This document shows positions 13,551-24,576 of a stretch of 64,000 nt of DNA, one piece after another (positions within the stretch are counted from its first letter, which is position 1; every line of letters begins with the position of its first letter). Source of the DNA: Bigelowiella natans CCMP2755. Taxonomy: Eukaryota; Protista; Cercozoa. The stretch is from contig ADNK01001130.1 of assembly GCA_000320545.1 (NCBI GenBank), positions 62,001 through 126,000 of the forward strand, written 5' to 3'. A program made the position numbers and the translations under genes. The notes beneath the pieces are model-generated. The model was not told the origin of the DNA, did no database searches, and was given only the letters and a program-made list of their open reading frames with translations.

Positions 13551-14171
13551 ATGGCTGGCATCACGTCTACGTCGTTGCTGCTCTTCTGTGCAATCCTCAC
13601 CACCTCCACGAGAGCTCATTCTCATTTTCAGTCAAGCAAATTTCGCAGAGATTTTGCATATGGTTTATTTCAAGAAGTGAATTTTCCGAGACAACGGCAA
13701 GGCTTCGAACCCCGAGCAACCATCACAAACGCTCCTCCTTCGGATCCATTGTTTTCCCGGAGAGAATTCCTTGGAGCTGGCATCGCGACCAGTATTAGCT
13801 CAGCCGTGTCGATGAACATCAATTTAAGGCCAGATTCTTCAAGTAACTTTGACACCGAAGCTAAATCGGTTTCTGCAGGACCATGGCAAGGATCAGCGAC
13901 GCAATTCTCAAGTCTGGGGATCAAACTTGCTTGCAATACGGATTTGAGACCCTCGATAGCAAGGCTACAGGACCATAAACCAAGAGCACACGAATTTAGG
14001 CCATCAATTTTAGAGAATGATATTTCCTATGCACCAAGACGGAGGCTGTCAGTGAATATGGTGGACCATAATCGTGAAACAAATGGAGCCAGCAAGCATC
14101 TGGGCTACAATCATGCTATGGATATGGATCTCGAACGTGTGGCTCATTTCCATTTGTTTCCTTATAGATAG
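13551..14171 (+). CDS. Hypothetical protein with signal peptide, transit-like region and twin-arginine motif (possible plastid/thylakoid-lumen protein)
   Basis: MAGITSTSLLLFCAILTTSTRA, then a basic/Ser-rich region, then FSRREFLGAGIATSISSAV. No intron is required. No domain recognised. Confidence 0.45.
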   Translation: MAGITSTSLLLFCAILTTSTRAHSHFQSSKFRRDFAYGLFQEVNFPRQRQGFEPRATITNAPPSDPLFSRREFLGAGIATSISSAVSMNINLRPDSSSNFDTEAKSVSAGPWQGSATQFSSLGIKLACNTDLRPSIARLQDHKPRAHEFRPSILENDISYAPRRRLSVNMVDHNRETNGASKHLGYNHAMDMDLERVAHFHLFPYR

Positions 14172-14579
14172 CTCCCAACATTTTGTAATGTCACAGTGTT
14201 TAATACATTTACATGTCATCACAGAAAGATTTAACACATCGGTAGTCGGTCTACCACAAATTTATTTTTTGTTATTTATTGTTTTATAGTAAAACCGAGG
14301 AATATTAGCATTGCATAGGCCTCGACCTATCCTTGTTCAGACATATCACTAGATTAAAAACATTCTTATACTGCACAGTCTTAGTAACCGAACGTCACGT
14401 AGATGCTAAACTGTACAACCTTGCAGCATCTGGCAATCAATGTAAAATAAAGAAGAATAGCTAGATATGCAGAGCATCTACAGTGCAGGCTCCATCTGGC
14501 AAAACAGACGTTATACTATAAAAAGTGCGTGGGAGCATTTTAAGAGAACATATTTTCTCCATGCATGCGCATGCCGTTG

Positions 14580-14817
14580 TTCTAGTATTTAGCAGCGCAT
14601 CATCTAGCTAGCTAGATCACGCCAATCGAGATGCATGCATGCTCTGGATCCCATCTGGGGGGAGACGGCACACAGCTAGATAGCATCGCATGTATCATGC
14701 TAGCTATGCTAGCTGGTATGTACATGATTGAACTAGAAATATCAATCATGCTAGCATGTACCATCTATCTAGCAGCTACCGCACCATGTGATGGCACTAG
14801 AGCAGGCTCAGGTTGCT

Positions 14818-14859
<42 letters not shown>

Positions 14860-15190
14860 ACATCTGTGCTATGTGTATTATCGCCGCAATGACATGACTA
14901 GCTAGCTAGATAACAGTCTAGCTAGCTAGACTAGCTAGCAGCAATGCGTACATCTAGACGGCCTAGCACATAGTGACGCTATGGACAGCTCTTGAGCATA
15001 GTGACATCCACCAAATTTAGCGCAATCCATCACGGAGCCTATACTAGTTATGGCTCGAGTTCTCATGCAATGCTAGAATGCTCGACATGCACAATGGTGT
15101 TAGCAGACGTGCGAGGAAGCACGCCGCAGCGCGCGGTGATAGTCACAGCAGTTTCTAATGCATGTAGGGCAGACTGCCTACATTTCTAGA
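14580..15190. other. CTAG-rich convergent intergenic block
   Basis: About 24 CTAG in 610 bp, including (CTAG)2-3 runs, between the 3' ends of the 13551 ORF and HUS1. Confidence 0.85.
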
Positions 15191-15265
15191 TTTGTGCTTC
15201 GCAGCCTACGCATGGCATCATACAAGCTAAATGTCTATGAGTTACGATTTTTTAGATTGTTTACA

Positions 15266-15983
15266 TTATTTCTCAGTTCTGAATGTAATCTTACCTGTAT
15301 CATACTGTCAATACTGGAAGATAGAAAGTTGCATGACCCATATTTTGGCCCAGTTCAACATATACAACAAATGCGTGCGATTCGACTATACCTGCATACG
15401 GCACAAAATATCAACGGAACGGAGTATTTTATGTGTCTGAAATATCTTACATCCAACAATGTAGTTTGAAAGGTTCACAATCTTTGAATTCAAGACTTGA
15501 GATAGTTTCCTAATATTCATCCGGCATCTTCCAGTCTCTACACAGACATTAATTATAATCGGTTTTAGATGCGTCTTTTTAAATGAGGCCTTTAAATATA
15601 TTAACCTATGCCACTTGTTGCATCTTCCGTACTTTCAAAACCTGACAGTAAATGTAGATTAGACTTAATCGTATCGCCCCCCAAAATTGGCTCAATTATT
15701 GTGGGAATCCATTCGCACCTTTTAATTCTTTAAAGTATGTTTTTATCGTTACCTGTCCAGATGGGTTATTTGCGAATTTCAATTAAACTCTGAGTTCAAG
15801 TTTTATTTCTAACATTCTAGATAATGTTCAAATACAATACCAATTCTGCGGATACTTGAACTGACATATCTCCAGACGAGGTTGCAGATAGTAATACATC
15901 GTCACTAACCTGTCCAATGTCAAATTGATGCAAGTTTATCCATGCAGAATATGTAGAAATAGATCATATGCATGAATATTGAA

Positions 15984-16019
<36 letters not shown>

Positions 16020-16912
16020 ACTGATTTCATGTTTGATATAACGTTTTTGAGAGTCTCAGGAAGCTGGATCTTAACCTATTTTTATTTTTTAACTTCAACA
16101 TTACAAAAAAAGTTGCTGAATGGGTGATGATGACCTCTGGATCTGGAAGGCTTGGTTCCGCAGTTTCCTACATTTATTTAATTAGCTCGCTATGACTCGC
16201 CGTTCGTAATATTAGTATTTCCTCGAAAAATTGAAAGTATAACCCTCGCCATTCATGAAATTCATATTTCCCCGATTGTTCATCAGATATAACCACCTGT
16301 ATTTGACGCTTATTCAAGAGAGTGACGGGAACATCTTGAGTAATTTCATTATTGTCCATTACCATCTGTATACAATCAGCGTTGCATTTTTCCATTTTAT
16401 CTTGCATTCTCAGTAATTATTCAGATAAATATCGAAGGATGGGTAGATGAGCTGGTGTGAACCTCAATCTTGAGGCAAGGTTGTCTGTCCTTTTTGCTCA
16501 ACTTGACCACAATTCGTTGAGATCTTTTTCCCGTCCGAATAGAAGCAATAAGGTTTGATGCCCTTATTGCAAGACCAATGATGTTGTTGTTCTTACTCTC
16601 GATTTTATATTCATCGAACATTGCCTCCTATTATTTTTTTGTAAATTAGTCATCATAAAATACTTTTGCTGCAATCGATACCGTTGGAATCTGCACGAAA
16701 GCATTTTCTTCACTTAGTGAGTTTCTTGATATTCGAAAGTGGACGTTCTCCGGTTCCAGAACGAGCGTAATTTCATTGGAGATTTTCTCAAGCGAAGCAA
16801 GAATACCTATCGGGAGTGATGTAATTGTAATGCCACGTAGGAAAAAGTGATAACGAGAAAAGGAGATACTTATTAAGGCTTCTGGATCAAAGAGCTCCGC
16901 CTTGAAGCGCAT
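15266..16912 (-). CDS. HUS1: Checkpoint clamp 9-1-1 subunit HUS1, multi-exon
   Basis: MRFKAEL..., FDEYKIESKNNNIIGL, VVKLSKKDRQPCLKIE, EITQDVPVTLL and EPSLPDPEVKIQLP match the HUS1 pattern. 3' end approximate. Confidence 0.85.
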
Positions 16913-17361
16913 CTGTGGCACCTCGCGGCGGGAAGATCTTCCTGCCTTTTGATCGGAGCTTGCAAGGAATGAAAGAAATCCAGGAAATCCACAGGAATCT
17001 GCTGAAAATGAACATAAAGACTAAGTCGCTGAACCAAAAGGGAATCCTCTTCGCCGGATTAAGATGCGTCAAAAATAAATGCGGCTCGCTTTCGCGGGAA
17101 ACAAAGTCCATTACATTTCAGACTTTAAAATATTTGACATCTAACTTTATGAGGAGCAATAAATTAAGAATATTGTATTATTTTATGTCGTAAGTATCGC
17201 TCGCCTTAAATTATACGTAGTTAGGAAGTAAACCGGAAAGCTAAGTAACAATTTGCACAAATTTCGTTGCATGTATGTCTTAGGTTTGAATTCGCAGCAC
17301 AATACTATTTCAGAGAAACCTCCTCTTCGGAGGAAAAATTAAAATCTAGAATTTCCAAATA
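16913..17361. promoter_or_regulatory. Putative bidirectional promoter HUS1 / nucleoporin-like gene
   Basis: ~450-bp head-to-head spacer; position only, no motif identified. Confidence 0.45.
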
Positions 17362-20300
17362 ATGACCAACAAGAAGGTAATTTTACAAAGTAGATGGGTG
17401 TAATAAAACTTTCATGTATTATTTGCAGCCCCTTTTCCTTTTAGTTGAATCTTAAAACGATGGCGGCAGGCTCTGTTTGTTCCAAACTCGAAGTTGTTGT
17501 TTTTAGTTTAGTTCTCATTAATCTTTATTCTTCCAAAACGACAACTCGATCATTCCCATACATGTCGAAAAAGGATGTCTTCATCGTAGCGCGAAAATAT
17601 TCATATTACTTTTTTCTTACTTAAAGAAAGCCACTCTGACAGCAGAAGCCCAGCCCTTCCCTCACTGTCACCGACCAACAGTGCTCCACGCTGACCTGGA
17701 TAACAATGTATTTCCTGGTCGGATTTACGGTGGTTGTGGGGGCATTGGGAATGTACACTCTCTTGAGGTCTTTCAGGTACTTGGAATCCTTTCTTCTTAC
17801 TCATCTCAGTCTAACAGTTATCGCGATTAGACCGTGGAGCGCAGCTGAAGTTCGGGAATCGCTGGAAAGGAATTTCACACGTAAAAAGCATAAAGTATTA
17901 GAACTCCCTTCTTTAGTCATAACAAATATTTTTGCAGACATGATGGAGGTCTACAGGGATTTCTTCAAGATGACACCGAAAAAAATTCGGTTCAAACCAA
18001 TTCCTCTTCCAGAGACAAGTCCAAATGTGATAAAGAATCTCTATCCTGATGATGAAGGTGCCGAGGAAGAGAGCGGAGATGAAGGAGAATTTGACGGAAT
18101 GGAAAACTATTACAGCAAAACAACTACCCCATTTCAATGGCTATCATCATCTACAAAGAAACAAACTACAAATTCTGGCTCGAAACGAGATATCGCCATG
18201 TCTTACCGTAGCAGGGCAACTCCCAGACAACCATTTGCTGAAAATTGGAGGCGGAATGAACACAAAATAGTTTCAGGCAAGCGCACCTTTGAGGTATCAG
18301 GTAAGCGCACCTTTGAGGTATCTGAAGTAAAGGCAATGGAGGACGAGGAAGTGATAATAAATGAAAAAAAAAGGCGTGAAAACGAAAATGAGCCACCGGA
18401 TCTTAGACAGTTGAAAAGACGCCACCTATCTCGACCAACTCCACCACCCGCGAGCTCGGATGAAAATATGGACTCAGACGAATATGGCTCGCCGGGTACC
18501 ACAAATAATCATTCAGAAAAACGTGCGCGCTCCATTTCAAATATGGTACCCACGTCGCCAGAAATTCATAAACGACATCGAGCAGAGGCCAAAAAAAATT
18601 TGACTGTTGGTGGAAGCAAGAGAAAAATTACAACCAAAGTTATTGCTGAAGAAAAAATTGGTAAAAAGGGAAGAACAGGCTCTGTAACTCCTAGAATACA
18701 CATAGCTTCTGCAGGTCGAAATTTGAGACATCCCTACCAAAAAAAGGTGGTCCCAGAAACGAGACCCAATTTATCGCGAAGTGCGACAATGCAGGAGAAG
18801 AGATCACCTCCCGTTCCTCACACCCGACCGAATATGCAGAAAACTTACACGCAGAAACTTTTGCCGTCAAGGATGCCTTCTCTTCGAAAAGTGAAGTCAT
18901 CTCCCCCCTTAGCATCGAAGGTTGATAACATTCATCGCACAAAGAAAATACCCAACAGAACGCCACACCTGCCCGCGATTTCGAAGGTCAAAGCCCCAAA
19001 AATACCTACAACGAAAAATGGAAGAGTAGCTCTGGACATGGATGATCATTATGAAATTTCGAGGTATGATAGTGTACAACTTGAAGTAGATGAGAGCGAG
19101 TTTACGTCTGATGAGGAGTCAGCAGATATGGAAAATATCTTGGATATTATCTCTGAGGAAGACTCGCAGAATAAGAAAAAGGATGAAACTTCAATTTTAA
19201 GTCTAAATGGAGGCAAAGTTGAGAAACCGTCGGACGATGGATTTAGCAGCTTTGGTCAGAGTGATTTTACTGGTGGAGATTTTGCAGGGAAAAACAAAGC
19301 AGAAAGTAAAGCCTCCGGAAATGACTCGAATAAGTCTCAATCTGATTCACAGTTCACATCTAGTTTCCCAGCTGGTGACGCGAAATCAGGTGGCAACAAA
19401 GATTCATTCTCATTTGCCGGCAGCGATGATGCGAAAGCAAAAACCGACAGCGCTTTCTCATTTGACAGTGGGGTTAATGCAAAAGCTGATACAAAAGCAG
19501 ATAGTGGGGATGCATTCTCATCTGCTGGGAAAAGTGATACAAAAGCAGAAAACGATGGTGCGTTCTCGTTTTCTGGAGGGACTGATGCCACTGAATCTTC
19601 TTTCGGGAGTGCAGGTGGTAAGAACTTGGATAAGAAGGAAGCTGCTGGATTTTCTTTTGATGGTGGCAAAGATGGGAAAGGGGTGGACGGTCCCTCTGCC
19701 TTAAATTTATTTGAGAAACCCGCGGGTTCAATTTTCGACAGTAACGAATCTTCAAAAAAGAGCGATAATATAGAAACATCTTTCTCACTCTCGAGCTCTG
19801 GCGGCAAGGACAGCAACTCAACCTCCACCATGGGTGGAGGAGGGAAAAGCGATGGTGGATTTGGTTTCGAAGGAGGAGTAGATTCCTTTTCAAGTGGGAA
19901 GAAAGAGTCAAGCGGTTTTGACGGAATGAGTGGTCTTGGCAATAGTGGTTCCACAAGCAATGCCAATCAAAATGATCCATTCGCAGCTGGAGGGTCTACA
20001 GGTGGATTCGATTCAATGGCTAGCAGTAACGACTCGAATGGATTTAGCAATGCCACTGATTTTGGCAATGCAAGTAGCCAAAATTCGAATGGCTTTGGAT
20101 CTTCTGAAATTGGAGGATTTGGAAACTCAGCAGCATCTAATGGAAGCATGGGGGGAATGGAAAATAACACTGGAAGCGGCTCCGGATTTGGAGACAGTAG
20201 CTCTGGGTTTGGTTCATCAAGTAGCGAAGCAAACCCCTTTGGTGGAAGTGGAGGAAACTCTTCATCAGGGGGTGGAAGCGGGTTTGGAGACAGCGGTGGC

Positions 20301-20930
20301 AATGGGGGGTTCGCAGACAGTGGTATAGGAGGAGGCAGCGGCGGGGGATTTGGCTCAGGATTTGACTCAGGATTTGGAGATAACAGTGGCGGAGGCAATG
20401 GAAGTGGATTTGGAGGCAACGGTAACGGTGGCGGAAGCAATGCAAGTGGATTTGGAGGCAACGGTGGCGGAAGCAATGCAGGTGGATTTGGAGGAAATGA
20501 AGGCGGATTTGGAGGCAACGGTGGCGGAAGCAATGCAGGTGGATTTGGAAGTGGATTTGGAGGTGATGGTGGCGGAGGCAATGGGAGTGGGTTCGGAGGC
20601 AGCGGTAGTGGAGGTGGATTTGGAGGAAGCAGTAGCGATGGATTCGGAAATAACGGAGGTGGGATCGGTGGTGGTAGTAGCAGCAATGGTTATGGTGGGA
20701 ACAATGACAGTAGTAATAATCCTTTCGGAAATGGTGGAGGTGGAGGTGGAGGTGGATTTGGGAACGGCGGATTTGATAACAACAACGGTGGAGGTTTTGG
20801 AGGGAATAGCAATAGTAATAACAGTGGAGGATTCGGAGGAAATAATAGTAGCGGGGGGAATGGAGGAATGTTCACCAAGACAAAAAATAGAAAGTTTAGG
20901 AGGGCAAGGAGAAAAAAGAAAAAACATTAG
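17362..20930 (+). CDS. FG-repeat nucleoporin-like protein with N-terminal hydrophobic segment and basic C-terminal tail (POM121/Nup153/Nup1-like architecture)
   Basis: 1074-aa ORF 17706-20930: TM-like YFLVGFTVVVGALGMYTLL, basic NLS-like clusters, FSF then GFG/NPFG repeats, ending RKFRRARRKKKKH. Start uncertain (17362, 17460 or 17706). Confidence 0.75.
19230..20880 (+). repeat. Coding FG/GFG low-complexity repeat region
   Basis: Dozens of FSF, GFG and GGFGG units. Confidence 0.85.
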
Positions 20931-21029
20931 ACTGTCATTTCCTCTGCGTGCATCGCGTTTCTTAACTTTCAGCAGCGCCTTGACAATTAGCAATCATCAT
21001 TTCATTACTTGTGAGCACATGTAATATGT

Positions 21030-21750
21030 GTGTTGCTTGCTAGCTTGCCGAGCTGGATCGGATGTTGGTGCGCCGATGACGTGCGCAATGGATGCACTCA
21101 ATGCCATTCAATGATTTTCATGCAATACCTCCTCTAGTCCCCGCCATGCATCAGCTGCGCAATGCAACGTTGTTCGTCCCATCGTGCAATTGCACCGTCC
21201 GCTGAACGTGTGCACTCAACCAGGTCGTGCATGATCCTAGCTGCGTGTGCACGGATGCGCATTGTGCAACTTCAATTATACAATGATGTTCTCAACCGGA
21301 TCATGCTAGCATGCCAGCTAGCCAGCATGCTCGAAACAATTCTTGACATCCTTGATGCATGCTGGCATGTGATGAACACTCCATTTGCTAGTTTGGACAA
21401 ATCTAGAAATGCGGTCCATGTTTGTCAGGATGTCGTTCAACGTGCACGCTAGCACGCGCTTGCTAGCTTGCTTCTTTTTCCCACAACAACCTGTTTTCAT
21501 CAACTTTGTTTTCACGTGTTCGCATTTCAGTGCAATCAGCTCGGCGTTTGCGAGTCAGAATGATGTTTGCCTTTCTTCCCATGCATCGTGCGGCAATGAG
21601 ATGTGTTGCACACTCATGACAGACACAGCAATGTGATGTGCATGACATGTTCTAGATGTTGCATCTAGGCATGTCTATCATTAAATGAAGATTCGACGCA
21701 CATGCAATGCATGCACCTGGCATTGCATCAGTCTAGCTAGCTAGAAATTT
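21030..21750. other. TpA-depleted, CTAG-rich convergent intergenic block
   Basis: 14 of 19 TpA lie in CTAG; CATG/TGCA abundant. Confidence 0.85.
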
Positions 21751-21903
21751 GTCTGCTGTGCCAGCTTCAACTAAATAAAGCCATTAGCTACACCGCAGCA
21801 AGTGTGCAATGATGCATAGTGAAACATATCGCACGCCTTGCCATGATGTACGCTACATGCTGGACAACCCCCCTCCACACACACACAAACACACACACAA
21901 ACA

Positions 21904-21942
<39 letters not shown>

Positions 21943-21956
21943 TATATGTCTGTCTA

Positions 21957-21998
<42 letters not shown>

Positions 21999-22077
21999 AT
22001 TACATCTAGATATCAGAAATGTATGGTTGTCGATCTATTGCTATGCATCAGGATCAAATCGCCACACATAATTATTG

Positions 22078-23149
22078 TTATGTTCTCGACTGCCCACCGC
22101 GTCTTCGCGTGATTGTAGGTGGCACGTCAGCGTCATTCCTGTAAATGCGGGTAAACGTTCACAGCTGATAAGCGACGTTATCGAGTATTGACTGGGAAAA
22201 TGCAAACTACCTACCTTCTATTTCTTCTTCCTACCAGACAATATTGTAGCACGTTCATATCTGATACCCGCATCCATGAGGCACAAAGAAGGATGTTTAA
22301 GAAAATATACTCAGGTAAGTTAACTCGACTCTAAATAATGTGAAATAAAAGGGTGAACGTACGAAAGACTTACTGAAGCAGACGCTTTAGGATAGAGCGA
22401 ACATGCTCCTGATCGTGCGCCCTCCCGCGCACCAACCTTTCGAGAGATGCACGTGGAAAACATAACTTCAGACCAAAGAAATACTATATGCACCGCGTAT
22501 TTAGTAGTGAAATTAATGATACCATGTCTTTAATTCTTCCGCAATCTTGCTTAAAAGCTCACTCCCCAACTTCAGCATTTTCACCGCGTTCGCGTTGGAA
22601 CTGCATTCATAAATAGTCAGGACAAAAAAATCGAAACAAGTTCCTCTTAGATCTCAGTTTACCTGAACGTGCTTTTTGACTGTTGTGCAAATAACAGCCC
22701 AGCATCATGATACGCCTTTCCAATTGCCATTACCGGGGCCTAGAGGTTGATGGCACATGTAAGAATCTAGATGATGTTACATTAGATGTCTTTACTACTT
22801 GCTTCATCATAATGACTTTCCTCAATCTGGCAAGAATCGCACCCACGAGCTCCAGCCAACCTATTCACGCACGAACACACGAAGCCACACACGTACTAAT
22901 CATATTTATGAATGTTGTAATATAGTTTTACATATACACTCGATTCAAGTTGATGATACTAGAACTACACACTTCAAGTGTGTAAACATTAATGCGGCGG
23001 CCCTGTTGACTTTCCGCTAACAGGTTACCTATTGTGGCATTGTACTGAACTCTGTCCTTGACGTCTAACAACTTTAAAGACTTCAATCCAAGGAAGACCC
23101 AACTTGCTGTGGTTTATGCATAGGATGTCGTAGTGAACGAATTGAAAAC

Positions 23150-23192
<43 letters not shown>

Positions 23193-23520
23193 TGTATATA
23201 TAAATGGAAGTAAGGAAAGGCGCTGCCGCATTGTAGATGGACACTCCATTGATTAAGTACCCATTCATTGCTTTTACAGAGCAAGATCAGATCAGAGCAT
23301 ATGCATCACACTTACTCTTATTTATGGCACGGTAGATATGATCAACGTGGGAGGCCTCAGCGATTTTGTAGGCTATATCATCTACATCCTGAAGTGATGC
23401 AAGGGCAAAACATTTGTGCTTAGTAAAATAATGCCTTTGAAGAGCATTGGATTGTGTTGTTGGGACAGGTTTTGTGTCCCCCCGAACCCCCTCGCCCTCT
23501 CAACGCGTACGCGCACACGC

Positions 23521-23559
<39 letters not shown>

Positions 23560-23560
23560 C

Positions 23561-23607
<47 letters not shown>

Positions 23608-24325
23608 ACTTTTTGCTCAACGTCAGTCCTTTGAACATCCTTTACTTCGCAGGCAGCTACATTATCCTGAACTGACGGGTTTTCCCACCCTAGCAACAGC
23701 AGCCACAAGGGATCAACACAGCAGATCTTAAACTAACACAGCACAAAGATTGGTGTTGAAAGATCAACTATTAGAAGAGACCGACCTCCTACCACTGTCC
23801 TCTTGTTCAGATTGTAGGACAAAAGAAGCTTGACACCCGCTAGTAAAAAGACACACAAAAGTGGGCGAGGAAGCATAAGCTAAACAAACATGTTATCTTT
23901 GTGAGACAATAACACGCCAACCTTTGGCAAGGATCGTGTTTTTAGTATCAACGAATGCGAACATCCCATCTTCGAAGCTGACCCGATAATTGCTCTGCTT
24001 GTTGAAAAAGGCGAGGGGGCACATGGTACACAGCATGGTTTAGTTGGTGCGTATTACATATCAGTTCCTTCATTCTTACATTTTTCGGAAGTTTCCTCAT
24101 AAAGTCTTGCAACTGACAGTCTCGCTGTTTCCATTTGACTCTCCTGGCGGCCGCATTGTCTTTTGAGGTTACCAGGGCCACGGCAGCCCCAGCAGGTGAA
24201 TCATTAGAAGGCTTCTTCTCGCCCTCTTCCTCTCTGTCGGAGGAGAGCAAGAGGAGGGCAGGTTGCCACAATAGCTTAGCGAAGGGCGAAATGGTTGACG
24301 AGGAGTCCTCCGTCGCCATCATCAT
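22078..24325 (-). CDS. Hypothetical multi-exon protein, weakly DUF6882-like
   Basis: Hand-spliced GT-AG exons give SNYRVSFEDGMFAFVDTKNTILAKAGVKLLLSYNLNKRTVVGGWENPSV...DVDDIAYKIAEASHVDHIYR...SWVFLGLKSL...GWLELVGAILARLRKVIM...NDADVPPTITRRRGGQSRT*. The family name is from recalled motif similarity only. Confidence 0.65.
23510..23604. repeat. Compound intronic microsatellite (CA)n-(TA)n
   Basis: Directly visible. Confidence 0.95.
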
Positions 24326-24576
24326 CTACTTCCTTTCCCCCCCCTCCCGATGTGTCTCTGGTTGGTTGGATCGATGATCAGCCAGATCTTGCAGACCAAC
24401 TCTTGTCCAGAGTGAACATCATTTTTCTTGAAACGGCATGCATTCATGGTAGAATGAGCGATCAAAATCATGTCGTAGCATAAATACGAAAGGGGTTTTG
24501 GTAAGACGGTAATAAAATATCCTGCATGCAATACTCGGTCATCTATCTCACCAGCTCCGCCGACTAACTCTGGGCA
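24326..24576. promoter_or_regulatory. Putative bidirectional promoter DUF6882-like / NCL
   Basis: ~250-bp head-to-head spacer. Confidence 0.4.

Noticed and set aside
19337-21024. Long Pro-rich antisense and alternative-frame ORFs (19337-19966, 19967-20686, 20350-21024, 20367-20993)
   Set aside because: Shadows of the Gly/Ser-rich FG-repeat coding strand.
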